From: Eledone cirrhosa
Taxonomy: Eukaryota
DNA: 64,000 bases
Reading direction: 5' to 3'
Assembly: GCA_964016885.1 (NCBI GenBank)
Contig: OZ024742.1
Coordinates: 65,410,001-65,474,000 of the forward strand
Shown: positions 12,765-27,218 of the stretch, piece after piece
How the letters are laid out: each line of letters opens with the position of its first letter
How positions within the stretch are numbered: the first letter of the stretch is position 1
Program-made: the position numbers and the translations under genes
Notes under the pieces: generated by a model
The model's input: the letters and a program-made list of their open reading frames with translations, nothing else
The model's database searches: none
Told to the model about the DNA's origin: nothing

Positions 12765-15293
12765 TATAACAGGTGATTGTAAGTTCATTATTTACATCAA
12801 CGTTTCACTCAAGATTAGCAGTTTGAAATCGTGGTATACATCAACAGCTCCGCTTGTATATTTGGGGTCTATATTCTATGGAGGCTCTTTTATATTAGTT
12901 GTAGGAGTTGTAAAAGGGATGGGTTATAGGGAGTTAAGAGAATTTAAAAAGGGCCTAAGAGTTAGGGATTGAAGGTTAAAAATTAAAGAATTTATAAGTT
13001 ACGCATTAAAAGTAAAAGACTTGGTATCACGTAAAAGCACCTTCAAAAATCTCTCAATAAGCGCATAAAGCTTATAAGCCCCAATAAACCTAACAAACCA
13101 GAAGAGATTAAGAGAATAAAATAAAAAAATAAAAAAAATGAAAATATAAAGTTTCCTAAAAAAAAAAATTTTTTTCTAAGAGATCTCGTTAAAAAATTTC
13201 AGAAAATTTACGAAGATTTGATAATCCCTACTAAAGTTCTAAACTCAAAAATTAAAAATTAAAAATTAAAAATTAAAAATTAAAAATTAAAAATTAAAAA
13301 TTAAAAATTAAAAATTAAAAATTAAAAATTAAAAATTAAAAGTTAGGGAAAAGAACTTTCAATAAGATTTAACAGGTTAATAAAGTTAATGATTTAGGGA
13401 GTCCATAATATAAAGATTAAGATTTAAGTTAGGATTTGAATTTTAAGAGTTCCAAACCCAGAAATTAAAAAAAATAATGAATTTAAGATTAAGCAATCAT
13501 ATATATCCAAGATTAAAAATTAACGATTAAGGGGTTGAACATTAAATTTAATTTTAAAAATTAAAAAATAAATAGTTGAAAGAAATTAATCAATTAAAGG
13601 TTAATTCAAAAAGCCTTCAAAAAATCCCTCCGAACAGGCCCCTTTAATATTTTTAATAAGAACCTCTTCCGAAAGACCCTTCAAAGAATTAAAATTTTAG
13701 AGAGCCTTTAAAGATATATATAAATGAATTGAGGAAAATTACAAATTAAAAGTTAAAAATTACGGGATTTGGGAGATCCGAGGAATTTTCAAAGGGCTGC
13801 TTCAACAGATACAACTTAGGTATAATAGATAAAGTAATTTAAGTAATTTAAGTAATCTAATTAAGGAGCAATTCAAAGAGCTTATCAGGTTGGGCAAGAT
13901 TAAAGAAAATGATAAGTAAGAAAATATATAAGCAAAAAGACAATAATTATAAAATGTATTTTTAAGAAGGTATAAAGTAGCTTCAGTAATCTAATAATGT
14001 ATTATCAAAAAAATTATTAATATAGGATTAACAAAGACATAATAATATATTCCTGCCTAATTAACAAACAATCAATAAACAATTAACAGTCAAGCAAAAT
14101 TTACTCAGGGATATCCCACGCTCGGATACTTTACACACATACAGCAACACATAGGATTAACAAAGACATAATGGTATATTCCTGCCTAATTAACAAACAA
14201 TCAATAAACAATTAACAGTCAAGTAAATTCACTCAGGGATATTCCACGCACGGATACTTTACACACATACAGCAAGATGAACAATACAGGTGACCTTGTG
14301 GGTGCGATATCCATTGTGCGCATGCAGTCATCTGCATAGCTCCAGGCACAGTTGGTCTTGTTTAAAAGTTCCGAGTTCACGAATCAACTGGGATTCACTA
14401 TCAGCTGTGTGGACTCCCTGGGAAATGTACCTGTGGATCAAATAGCTGGTGGTCGCAGGGTGTGATCCGTTCGATCTTTTAGTTTCGGGGATTGCACGCG
14501 TTTCCGATAGATCAGCCTGCCGGTTCTAAATCCAAGGCCTTGCTGTATAGGATGTATTGGTGTACATGATATATTGGTAAAGAAGTCCAGTATGGACTTG
14601 ACTGGGGTGGTATATTGCGTCTCTCGCTATTATCCCCTCCTCTCACCAATTCCAAGCTCACACGCGACTGGTCAAATGCTAAGGGCTGTCCCCTCTCTGT
14701 TTGTTGTAGGGGTCGGTTCTAGTTTAGATGGTGGTCGTGTTATCCATGTTTTTTAATTTTTAATTTCTGAGTTTAGAACTTTAGTAGGGATTATCAAATC
14801 TTCGTAAATTTTCTGAAAATTTTTAACGAGATCTTTTAGAAAAAAAGTATTTTTTTTTTTTTTTTTAGGCAACTTTATATTTTCATTTTTTTTTATTTTT
14901 TTATTTTTTTTTTTTTTTATTCTCTTAATCTCTTCTGGTTTGTTAGGTTTATTGGGGCTTATAAGCTTTATGCGCTTATTGAGGGATTTTTGAAGGTGCT
15001 TTTACGAGATCCCAAGTCTTTTATTTTTAATGCGTAACTTATATATTCTTTAATTTTTAACCTTCAATCCCTAACTCTTAGGCCCTTTTCAAATTCTCTT
15101 AACTCCCTATAATCCATCCCTTTTACAACTCCTACAACTAATATAAAAGAGCCCCCTTAGAATATAGACCCCAAATATACAAGCGGAGCTGTTGATGTAT
15201 ACCACGATTTCAAACTGCTAATCTTGAGTGAAACGTTGATGTAAATAATGAACTTACAATCACCTGTTATATGCCTTGAAAAGTCCTGTTATA

Positions 15294-15340
15294 TGCCTTG
15301 AAAAGTCCCACCATATGGTCGGACGAAACGGCTGTCGGCA
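15294..15340 (+). ncRNA. Type I hammerhead ribozyme motif, U3-A8 core variant
   Basis: TGCC-TTGAAAA-GTCC-caccatatggtc-GGAC-GAAA-CGGCTG-TC-GGCA; GUC triplet. Preceded by a 22-bp tandem duplication (15264-15307). Confidence 0.8.
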
Positions 15341-15390
15341 ATAAACTTGTTATGTCATAATAGTTCCTTTGTTCTTTTTCATTAATATAT

Positions 15391-15488
<98 letters not shown>

Positions 15489-16106
15489 ACACACACACAC
15501 ACACACACATTATATATATATATATATAAGCGTGTGTGTGTATGAGTATGTTTGTGTACATATAGATATGCAGGTTAGTGTAATAGATTTTCGTTGATAA
15601 TGTCGTTGGTTCGATTCCTGGATGGGGGTGGTGTGCTGTGTTCTTGAACAAAACACTTAATTTTACAAAACACTTAATTTTATAAAATAAGTACCAGTAG
15701 TAACCAGTTGGAGGTTAACCTTGTGACGGACTAGCGTCATATCTAGAAGGAAGTCATGTACTGTTAAACGTTGAACGGCGGAGAAACAGGGATAAGCACC
15801 TGCCTGAGGATCATCCGGGCTTGAGACAAGACTTAAAAGTTTTAAATATATATATATATAAATCACAGAAAAAAAAGAGAATCAGTGTTGCGACGAATGG
15901 AATTTATTGGACATATTTCAATCGCTTCTCTGGCGACCAGCTCGAGGCACGATCGATGTGATGATCGAACCTGACTCTGAAAATCGCAAGGTCCTCAGAT
16001 ACGTCTTGATTCTACGAAGCAGATTTTCTAATGAGAGCATCGAGTGCGCAAACGGCCTACCGCATACGGACGCTTTAAGCATCCAACACCAATTATATAT
16101 ATATAT

Positions 16107-16186
<80 letters not shown>

Positions 16187-16199
16187 ATATATATATAGT

Positions 16200-16795
<596 letters not shown>

Positions 16796-16854
16796 ATACA
16801 ATATATATATATATATATACAATATATATATATATATACAATATATATATATAC

Positions 16855-16886
<32 letters not shown>

Positions 16887-16920
16887 TTACAATAATCAAA
16901 GTTCAGTTTAAATCATTTAT

Positions 16921-16969
16921 TTGCTTACAATTGTTTCCTCCAAACCGAGGTTTGGATTCTTCGGAGCAA
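16921..16969 (-). ncRNA. Type I hammerhead ribozyme motif with U4C change
   Basis: Minus strand: TTGCT-CCGAAGA-a-TCCAAACC-tc-GGTTTGGA-g-GAAA-CAATTG-TA-AGCAA. Confidence 0.7.
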
Positions 16970-17087
16970 CTATTTAGTGATCTATAACATACTTATACAA
17001 TATAAATATATATATACAATATATATAGTATATATATATATATACAATATATATATATATATATATACAATATATACATATATATAT

Positions 17088-17146
<59 letters not shown>

Positions 17147-17558
17147 GGAAAAAGATGAGTATTGACGTACATGGGAGTCAAACCCACATCTTTGGTTATC
17201 CGGACCACTGTGATACCATTTACACCAGCACATCATAAAAATGCAGCCCTAAATACATGCAGATGCATTGCGATTCAGACTTTATCATGAGTTTAATGGG
17301 TATGAAGTAACCTAGTTTTACTATACATTATATAAGCAAATAATTATTCAATTATAGAGAATTTAAATGTATAAAACAAATAAGAGAACGATATATGAGT
17401 ACTTATAGTGTTTAGAAATACCTTAGGTAGTATAACAGGTACGAAGATAAAGTGAAGTAGACAGAGTAGTGGTGTTGGGGGGTCCTTGATATAGATACTG
17501 GTATAACTATTAGAAATACAGGTTAAAAGGGATAAATGAAAACAAATAAAGAGATTCG

Positions 17559-17725
17559 CATACCTGCCAACCTCTAAAAGGGTCCCAAAACGGGGAGAAA
17601 TGGGGCAAAATGGGGAGATTTTACAAAATGAAAGCTATACCCATTTTCACAAGAGAAGACATCTCTCACCCATCCTGAAGTGGGTGGGAGATCTCCCCAT
17701 CGGACGGGGAGTGTTGGCAGGTCTG
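17559..17725. mobile_element. MITE, 13-bp TIR, 6-bp TSD family (copy 1)
   Basis: TIRs CATACCTGCCAAC / GTTGGCAGGTCTG; flanks GATTCG / GATTAG. Homologous to 34830-35036 and 51273-51416. Confidence 0.85.
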
Positions 17726-17729
17726 GATT

Positions 17730-18530
17730 AGGTTGGAACATATCTTATATTGAAAAAAGAGTATGCTAAGCGACGGGGACATGCTATTATGATTTCATTC
17801 CTATGATTCAAGAGCTTACATGGTGACATAGTGATTTCATAGGCCTCTGAAATATAGAGGGCACAATACTTTTCACCTCCATCATAGGCCGTTGTGGAAT
17901 CCACAATCGACCAATGCAGATAGTAGGATGTTTTAGATTTATTTAAAGAAGTAACACATTGAGTTAAGGACGTGGAGTTGCTTAGGTTCTCTTTCTTAAA
18001 AGAAAGTGAGTAGAAATTATAACGGGTTTTAAAAGAGTTGGTGGTAGCGCGTATATATATGTTAGTCGAACCAGGGGTATATACAGAGCATTTATAAACC
18101 ATATTTTTCATAAGTCAATGTCCATTTAAACGATAACTATCAGGAATTCTACAGTTACATTCAGAAATAGATTTGGTATCATTGCCAGAGGTGAGGTTAA
18201 AAAAGTTATGTGGTGTGTAGCTAGAGTTCAAATTTATGTTAGCTATTTTATTTACTACTATTCAAGTTATTGTTAGACATTACCAATTTAGTGTATTTAG
18301 TGTGGATAGATCCGCTCAGTTTAGAGATTTTACGATAGTTACTAAAGACTACATAGTCGTCTAAATTAGGTGATGTAGAGAATGATATTTTAATTGCGTA
18401 ATTAAGGTATGGCACCTATGTTCAGGGGGAGAGTTTCTTTCTAAGATGGTGAAAAATAATTTAGGGGTATTTGAGGCGACATTTATTCCGAATGGAGGAT
18501 TGAACCACGTCGTTTCGCACAGGCGATTAT
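17730..18530 (-). mobile_element. Penelope-like retroelement 3' ORF remnant (linker plus GIY-YIG endonuclease)
   Basis: TWFNPPF..NVASN, CNC..CP motif, VYKCSV...IYI.ATTNSFKTRY...W.IV...CAL...LLNHRNEI..ACP; frameshifted. Confidence 0.85.
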
Positions 18531-18679
18531 ATATATATATAGAATAAGGAAATACAATCAAGGAGGTTGATGCACGTTGAGTTCTTGAATTGAATTACAT
18601 CAATATTTTTACTATATATAATGACCAAGGCTACGTCTATTCTATTCGATAAGCTTCGTTTCATAATATATATGTATAT

Positions 18680-18978
18680 ATGGTTAAGGTATTCGGCACA
18701 CGATCGGAAAGCTGAGAGTTCGTTGCTTTCAAGTGCCTTGTGTCTTTAGGCAAGACACTTCATTTTTCGTTGCTCTATTCCACTCAGTTTGAAAAAATGA
18801 ACTGTATCTATAATTTAAAAGGTCAACCTCGTTAGAAACTGTAACGCTGAGTCTCTCTGAGAACTGCACATTCTACACGTATTTGTAGAATGTTCAGCTA
18901 CTTGCACGTTAATTTCATGAGCAGCTTGTTATATTCATCGTATCAACTGAAATACTCACCTTAGGGACCGACGAAATC
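18680..18978 (+). mobile_element. Older tRNA-derived SINE family
   Basis: GTGTCTTTAGGCAAGACACTT..CCACTCAG..CAGCTACTTGCACGTTAATTTCATGAGCAG. Related copies at about 30130-30400 (+), 35835-36130 (+), 36715-36860 (+), 46850-47010 (-), 53340-53600 (-) and 56130-56355 (-). Confidence 0.7.
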
Positions 18979-19263
18979 CCCCCCCCCCCCACACACACAC
19001 ATGTGTGCGTGTGTTTGTGTTTGTGTTTGTGTTTGTGTGTCTGTGTGTTTGAAGAAAATTTAATCAGCAGCTCTGTTTCAGGTGTTTTCACAAGTTTATC
19101 TCAGAGATCTGCGAAAGTTAACAACTGTGACCCGCTTCCTCCTCCAAGATATCACCTGACATTTCCGTAATTAGCGACAGAGATGTGGATCAGTACACAC
19201 ATACCTCTTCCCCACTCTCTAATAGCGTCTTCATATAAAAAATAAAGTGTACGCGCAGACAAG

Positions 19264-19315
<52 letters not shown>

Positions 19316-19381
19316 CGCATATTTGTGTGTGTATGAGTACGTGCTAGATTTTCGCATATGTAAACAAACTTGTGTTCCTCG

Positions 19382-19427
<46 letters not shown>

Positions 19428-19530
19428 AGAAAGAGAAGAGGAGAGAGAGAAGAGGAGAAAGAGAAATGGAGAAAGAGAGATTGAGAAAGAGAGGGAGGAG
19501 GGGTGTAGAGAAAGAGGAGGAGAGGAGGGG

Positions 19531-19602
<72 letters not shown>

Positions 19603-19651
19603 GAGAGAGAGAGAGAAAGAGAGAGAGAGGAGAAGGAGAGAAAGACGTATG

Positions 19652-19707
<56 letters not shown>

Positions 19708-19764
19708 AAGAGTGAGAGAGAGAGAGAAAGAGAGAGAGAGAGGATAAAGAGAGAAAGACGTATG

Positions 19765-19812
<48 letters not shown>

Positions 19813-19870
19813 AAGAGTGAGAGAGAGAGAGAGAGAAAGAGAGAGGATAAGGAGAGAAAGACGTATGGTG

Positions 19871-19913
<43 letters not shown>

Positions 19914-20199
19914 AAGAGATGGAAAAATACAACGATAGATGTGTGATATAAGTGTGATAAACTATGACATAGGTGTTATAGTAATCTATGAAACTATGAC
20001 ATTGGGGAATAATAAACTATGACATGGGTGTGTAAACATCTATGAGAGATGTATAATGAACTATGACTTGAGTAATAATCTATGACCGTGTGGAGTTAGA
20101 GTCTACCTAGCTGTCAATAGGTACTATATAGAAGCATAAGTGCAACTGATGGTGGTGGTGGTCATTCTGTTAATGCTCTTCGTAATATCATTCCATCAT

Positions 20200-20415
20200 T
20201 TGCAGTGATGATCTTTATTAACACTGGATCATTTAATTGACTCCCTTTCAAGTTATATAACCTTAAATAGACAGTACTTTCCGCAGAATATTTGCGGTTC
20301 CCAAAAGTGTTGCTTTTTGCAATGTTGTAATGCTGAGACTGATTTCAATTCTATCAAGGTTTTTCTGGTGGGTTTTCTGTCATTAACCCGAACGCTCCAA
20401 TCGCAATTAGTTATT
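20200..20415 (-). mobile_element. R4/Dong-like non-LTR retrotransposon 3' end
   Basis: Minus translation IAIGAFG...LQKATLLGTANILRKVLSI*, typical of the end of R4/Dong restriction-like-endonuclease ORFs. Confidence 0.75.
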
Positions 20416-20429
20416 ATTCTTATTCTTTG

Positions 20430-23090
20430 TTGTTGAGTCTTTCGAGACGTGGTTCACATTCTCTCCTGTAAGTTTGCTATAATTTCCATTGTACTTTTGT
20501 TACTGTTACATAAATAAGCTACCAGGATCTTAGTGAGCTGGTTAGGTTTTCGTCATCCACAGCCCTTAGAGGCTAACCCGGGTTTTTCTTATTTTTATGA
20601 AATATGCCCCTCAAGTTTTGTTTAAAAAAATAAAGATGGCGGACGAGGAATGTACTTCTGTTGAAAAGAAGAGCCATCCATCCGCAGAATGGAACAGCAA
20701 AATTCTAAAAGTTAGTGACAACAGCAGCAACAGAAACAACAATACAGCACGGGAAAACTCTTAAACAAATTTCCCGCTACTAAAAATTTCAACAACGACA
20801 CCACCCTCAAAATAACAACAAAACAAAAACATGACACAAAGCAACAACAATACTAGCAAGAACACTGCCCCCGCCAACACCTTCGAGGTGAAGATGACAA
20901 AAAGGGAAAACTGGTCTGGGATCAGTGTGGAGGTACTCCTCCATGTCAAACCAGAAAAAATCGAGAAGATCCCAGATCTTATTCGCTTGCTGGATGAAGT
21001 AGACCTTCACATCAGTGTTGAAGGAAAGAGGCCTCGTTGCCATCTTTGTGGGCAAACGGATCACTTGAGAGCTTTCTGCTCTCAACACCAGGGATCCAAT
21101 AGCCACAACAATAACAATGAACAACAAAAGCATCTGCTGCATCAACAACACCAGCAGCAACAACGACATCACCAAGACCAACAGCACCACTAACAGCAGC
21201 AACAGAACCATATCCACCACTAACAACAACAAAACCACTCAGGGTTCCGTGAAGAAAGCTCTCCCTCTCCCTCTTTCCCCACTCTCTCAACACACACATA
21301 CAATGCCAAAAACATACTTGCACCCACACGATTATCAGACACATGCAACCCCACTTCTCTCAGTGAAGGAGAAGAGGAAACGCACAAAGTGAAAAAAAAA
21401 AAAGACATGCACACAAAAAGTCAGACAGCTCTTCCTGCCAAACACCAACACCCACTCCAGAAAGCACGAAACACAAACATCTGAAACTACCTACATTACC
21501 ACCCCAACTGTCAACACAACCACCATCGACCCCGCAATCAATCCTATCGCAACCACAATCAAAAGAAAATACACGAACACACAAAATCAACAGCAAACAG
21601 TATCCCACAGATAAAACATCGTGCTAGAAAAAGAGCCAACGAAGAACTGGTCAACATGGGTATTAGAGTAGGATACATAAATGTTCGTAGTCTGGTGTTG
21701 TCCTGGAAGCAAGGTCACTTGCTGAACGACCTCAGACCATTAGATATGGATAGGACTGCCATCAACGAGACGAGGATTTCCAACACACATGCACTAGCCT
21801 CCATTTTTTATGACTATGAGACCTTCGCATCTCTTAGTTGGCCTGGGATGAGAGGCGGGATGGCAATGCTGTTTAGGAAAAACCTGGATCTCGAAGTACG
21901 GACGATCTTCCTGGACCCGGACGGTAAGTTGGTGTTACTGGACATAAACAATAAGGAAGGTAGTGCCTCTAGACGTATTTCCTCAGGTATCTAGAATCCT
22001 TTCCAGGAACCTCTCGCCTTTTACTGTTAACAGGGGATTGGAACAGCATTTTGGATGCACGTGGGATAGTGTGAGGGTAGCAGATAGAAGCGAGGGATGC
22101 AAAAGCCTCAAGCATCTGATCAGGCTGTTCCAACTGTCTGGCATGTACCAACTAGGGTTGAACATGCCGTTGGTGGTGCTGCGCAAACAAGTACTGAGGC
22201 TACGGCATCTCCAGAATACCTAAATAAGGAACAAGTGAGGTCGCCGTTTGTAAGACAGACCTTCCGCAGCTCTTCTCTTTGACTGAGCTGCAGTCGAGAG
22301 TCAAGTGAAGACTGAGAGTGGGCGCTAAGCATCTGGAATGTTATCAGGCACTCACTGCCTTCTACCACTCTGGCAATGCGGTCAGTGGAAATTCCCTTTA
22401 CAATTCTATAGGGGACTAGTGGTGGGCAAATCCGACGACGCTCTCGGAAAGGAACTGAACTTCGACGAAATCGAACCGACCAGTCTGTTCCAGAGAACTT
22501 TCGAACAGGTGTTTATGGATAATTTTCAGAAATCCCTGGCACTGCCAGTTCGAGATAAACTCTACATTCACGGAAGTGCGGTCAGACGGACAGAATCCAC
22601 TGAGAAGATCGATCCACCGCCTTCTTTTCGCCGGGAAGGGCAGGAAGTTTTCCTCTGCATAGTGGTTGTGTGGTGAACGCGGCTGAAAGGACTGAAGACA
22701 GACACTTTCCTCTTCAGCCAAGCCCTCATCAACGTTTTTCTTGGAAAGGAAGGTGAGGGTGGGGAGGGAAGTGCTGGTCCTCAGTACTTTTGTTAAAGGG
22801 TGAGTGAATGTGGCGAGGATGGTCCGTGTGAATGGGCTTACTCTGACTATGCGCCTGTTAGCTGGATAGATTGGTGAGATGAAGGGTGCCCGCCTAGGGT
22901 GCTCTTGGAGTGTAGGGTAATTTAGGATTGGTGGGGTTCCTAAGTCCCCCATGGTGGTACACGCCTCTATTGGGAAAATGTTCTTGTTGGAAATTTACTG
23001 TTATATTATTGTTTTTGTTTACTCCAAATGTTGTAATTCTTCCTTGCGTTGTCCGAAACGTCTTGAGCCCTTGTGGCTAATAAATAAATA
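20430..23090 (+). mobile_element. Internally deleted, decayed Tx1/L1-clade LINE
   Basis: ORF1 remnant with CHLCGQTDHLRAFC knuckle; APE start (GYINVRSL...AINETRI); C-terminal ORF2 piece (MDNFQKSLA..LPVRDKLY). Colinear with 58877-64000; RT core missing. Ends AATAAA plus (CAA)n. Confidence 0.9.
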
Positions 23091-23164
23091 ACAACAACAA
23101 CAACAATAATAACAATGAGATGATAATGATTTCTATATTCACCACAAAGAGTTTATTAGTTAAT

Positions 23165-23945
23165 GGAGGTGGATTAGCAAAATCGTTGAAGCGTTGGACG
23201 AAGTTATTTTGCAGCATTTGTTCTAGTTCTTTACGTTTAAATGCAGTTGACATTAACTGCAGTATCGGTAGAAGGTTGGACGCCATGCTTTGACGCATAG
23301 AGTTACGGCCCTTGCCATTCTGACTTCAAATCCCGCCGGGGTTAACTTTGCCTTTCATCCTTACGGGGTCGATAAAATAAAGTACCAGTAATGCACTGTG
23401 TAATTGCTGGCCTTGTGCCAAAAAGTAGAAACAACTTTGTCATCCTTCCGGGGTCGATAAAACAAAGAAACCAGTCAAGTACTGGGGTCAATTAAATCGA
23501 CTATCATCTCCCCGAAGAAATGCTGGCCTTGTGCCTAAATTAGAAACTCGGTATCGGTAGAACGTCGGAGACCCTGCTTCGTGACATAGAGTCACGGCCC
23601 TTTACGTTCTGAGTTCAAATCCCGCCGAGGTTAGCTATGCCTTTCATCCTTACGGGGGTCGATAAAATAGAGTACCAGTCATGCACTGGAGTCGATTTAA
23701 TCGACTTTCCTCTCCCCCAAAATTGCTGGCCTTGTGCCTATATAAGAAACCATTATTATGGATTGGCAGTATCGGTAGAGGGTCGGACGCCATGCTTTGA
23801 CGCATAGAGTTATGGCCCTTATCATTCTGAGTTCAAATCCCGCCGAGGTTAACTTTGTCTTTCATCCTTACGGGTTCGATAAAATAAAGTACCAGTAATG
23901 TACTGGGTTATTGCTGGCCTTGTGCCAAAAGTAGAAACAATTATT
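23165..23945 (+). mobile_element. Cluster of four nested/tandem SINEs
   Basis: An older SINE (23165-23548) is interrupted by a young copy (about 23258-23431), followed by two head-to-tail copies (about 23549-23757 and 23758-23945). Confidence 0.85.
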
Positions 23946-24015
23946 AGTTGTTTTACACAGTCAACATTGAGCGAGCAGAACCATTATGAGAGGTAGGCCG
24001 GCCGTAGCCACAGCT

Positions 24016-26602
24016 TGTGTTTACTATGGACAGGGAAGCCAGGCCATAGTATCCAATGTGTTTACTATGGACAGGGAAGCCAGGGTCATAGTATCCAATG
24101 TGTTTACTATGAACAGGGAAGCCAAGGTCATAGTATCCAATGTGTTTACTATGAACAGGGAAGCCAGGTCATAGTATCCAATGTGTTTACTATGGACAGG
24201 GAAGCCAGGGTCATAGTATCCAATGTGTTTACTATGGACAGGGAAGCCAGGGTCATAGTATCCAATGTGTTTACTATGGACAGGGAAGCCAGGGTCATAG
24301 TATCCAATGTGTTTACTATGGACAGGGAAGCCAGGCCATAGTATCCAATGTGTTTACTATGGACAGGGAAGCCAGGCCATAGTATCCAATGTGTTTACTA
24401 TGGACAGGGAAGCCAGGCCATAGTATCCAATGTGTTTACTATGGACAGGGAAGCCAGGGTCATAGTATCCAATGTGTTTACTATGAACAGGGAAGCCAGG
24501 GTCATAGTATACAATGTGTTTACTATGGACAGGGAAGCCAGGGTCATAGTATCCAATGTGTTTACTATGGACAGGGAAGCCAGGGTCATAGTATCCAATG
24601 TGTTTACTATGGACAGGGAAGCCAGGCCATAGTATCCAATGTGTTTACTATGGACAGGGAAGCCAGGCCATAGTATCCAATGTGTTTACTATGGACAGGG
24701 AAGCCAGGCCATAGTATCCAATGTGTTTACTATGGACAGGGAAGCCAGGGTCATAGTATCCAATGTGTTTACTATGGACAGGGAAGCCAGGTCATAGTAT
24801 CCAATGCGTTTACTATGGACAGGGAAGCCAGGTCATAGTATCCAATGTGTTTACTATGGACAGGGAAGCCAGGCCATAGTATCCAATGTGTTTACTATGG
24901 ACAGGGAAGCCAGGGTCATAGTATCCAATGTGTTTACTATGGACAGGGAAGCCAGGTCATAGTATCCAATGTGTTTACTATGGACAGGGAAGCCAGGGTC
25001 ATAGTATCCAATGTGTTTACTATGGACAGGGAAGCCAGGGTCATAGTATCCAATGTGTTTACTATGGACAGGGAAGCCAGGGTCATAGTATCCAATGTGT
25101 TTACTATGGACAGGGAAGCCAGGGTCATAGTATCCAATGTGTTTACTATGGACAGGGAAGCCAGGTCATAGTATCCAATGTGTTTACTATGGACAGGGAA
25201 GCCAGGTCATAGTATCCAATGTGTTTACTATGGACAGGGAAGCCAGGGTCATAGTATCCAATGTGTTTACTATGGACAGAGAAGCCAGGGTCATAGTATC
25301 CAATGTGTTTACTATGGACAGGGAAGCCAGGGTCATAGTATCCAATGTGTTTACTATAAACAGGGAAGCCAGGGTCATAGTATCCAATGTGTTTACTATG
25401 GACAGGGAAGCCAGGGTCATAGTATCCAATGTGTTTACTATGGACAGGGAAGCCAGGGTCATAGTATCCAATGTGTTTACTATGGACAGGGAAGCCAGGC
25501 CATAGTATCCAATGTGTTTACTATGGACAGGGAAGCCAGGCCATAGTATCCAATGTGTTTACTATGAACAGGGAAGCCAGGTCATAGTATCCAATGTGTT
25601 TACTATGGACAGGGAAGCCAGGCCATAGTATCCAATGTGTTTACTATGGACAGGGAAGCCAGGGTCATAGTATCCAATGTGTTTACTATGGACAGGGAAG
25701 CCAGGTCATAGTATCCAATGTGTTTACTATGGACAGGGAAGCCAGGGTCATAGTATCCAATGTGTTTACTATGGACAGGGAAGCCAGGTCATAGTATCCA
25801 ATGTGTTTACTATGGACAGGGAAGCCAGGTCATAGTATCCAATGTGTTTACTATGGACAGGGAAGCCAGGTCATAGTATCCAATGTGTTTACTATGGACA
25901 GGGAAGCCAGGTCATAGTATCCAATGTGTTTACTATGGACAGGGAAGCCAGGTCATAGTATCCAATGTGTTTACTATGGACAGCGAAGCCAGGGTCATAG
26001 TATCCAATGTGTTTACTATGGACAGGGAAGCCAGGGTCATAGTATCCAATGTGTTTACTATGGACAGGGAAGCCAGGGTCATAGTATCCAATGTGTTTAC
26101 TATGGACAGGGAAGCCTGGGTCATAGTATCCAATGTATTTACTATGGACAGGGAAGCCAGGGTCATAGTATCCAATGTGTTTACTATGGACAGGGAAGCC
26201 AGGGTCATAGTATCCAATGTGTTTACTATGGACAGGGAAGCCAGGGTCATAGTATCCAATGTGTTTACTATGAACAGGGAAGCCAGGGTCATAGTATCCA
26301 ATGTGTTTACTATGGACAGGGAAGCCAGGGTCATAGTATCCAATGTGTTTACTATGGACAGGGAAGCCAGGGTCATAGTATCCAATGTGTTTACTATGGA
26401 CAGGGAAGCCAGGGTCATAGTATCCAATGTGTTTACTATGGACAGGGAAGCCAGGGTCATAGTATCCAATGTGTTTACTATGGACAGGGAAGCCAGGGTC
26501 ATAGTATCCAATGTGTTTACTATGGACAGGGAAGCCAGGGTCATAGTATCCAATGTGTTTACTATGGACAGGGAAGCCAGGGTCATAGTATCCAATGTGT
26601 TT
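24016..26602. repeat. 41/42-bp satellite, about 62 units
   Basis: Unit TGTGTTTACTATGGACAGGGAAGCCAGG(GT/T/C)CATAGTATCCAA, with three recurrent variants and no spacers. Confidence 0.95.
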
Positions 26603-27185
26603 CTTTAAGACTGTAAAGGTGTGATTTCAGAGAGGTTTGATTGCTATTTCTAGCAGGCTTTCTGACCACCCAGTGGCTCCCATGTTGGCTCGTAGTGGTA
26701 GTGGTGGTAGTGGTAGTGGTGGTAGTGGGTTTATTACTGATGTTTCACATATTTTGTAATTGTATTAGTGTATCAGTGGTGGTGGTGGTGGTAGTAGTAA
26801 TAGTAGTAGTAGTGGTAGTGGTAATATTGATGTTTGTATTAGTAGCAGTGGTGATAGAGGTAGTCATGGGTGTGGTAGAATATGAACACACACACACACA
26901 CACATACACACACACATACACACACACACAAGCGCTATGGAGTAACCATAGGAACGACACCAGATACACTAACAGACGGAGACGCAGGTTCGCTTTCATT
27001 TGATCGATATAGATGAGAAGAGGAAGGTGAGGGGACTAAGGTGTGAGTGTGTAGGTGTATATGTATATATGTGTATATGTGTATATGTATATGTGTGTGT
27101 ATGTGTGTATGTGTGTGTATGTGTGCATGTGTGTGTATGTGTGTGTGTGTGTGTGTGTGCATGTGTGTGTGTGTGTGTGTGTGTA

Positions 27186-27218
<33 letters not shown>

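Larger units (their letters stand above)
12667..15388. mobile_element. Large fold-back: about 600-bp inverted arms (12667-13265 / 14749-15388) around a 1.5-kb non-coding spacer
   Basis: Arms are highly similar reverse complements, each with a hammerhead near the outer end. The spacer contains (AAAAATT)n and a direct repeat 14022-14147 / 14151-14275. Confidence 0.85.

Noticed and set aside
24016-26602. CRISPR-like array
   Set aside because: Contiguous repeats with no unique spacers, no cas genes, and a eukaryotic context.
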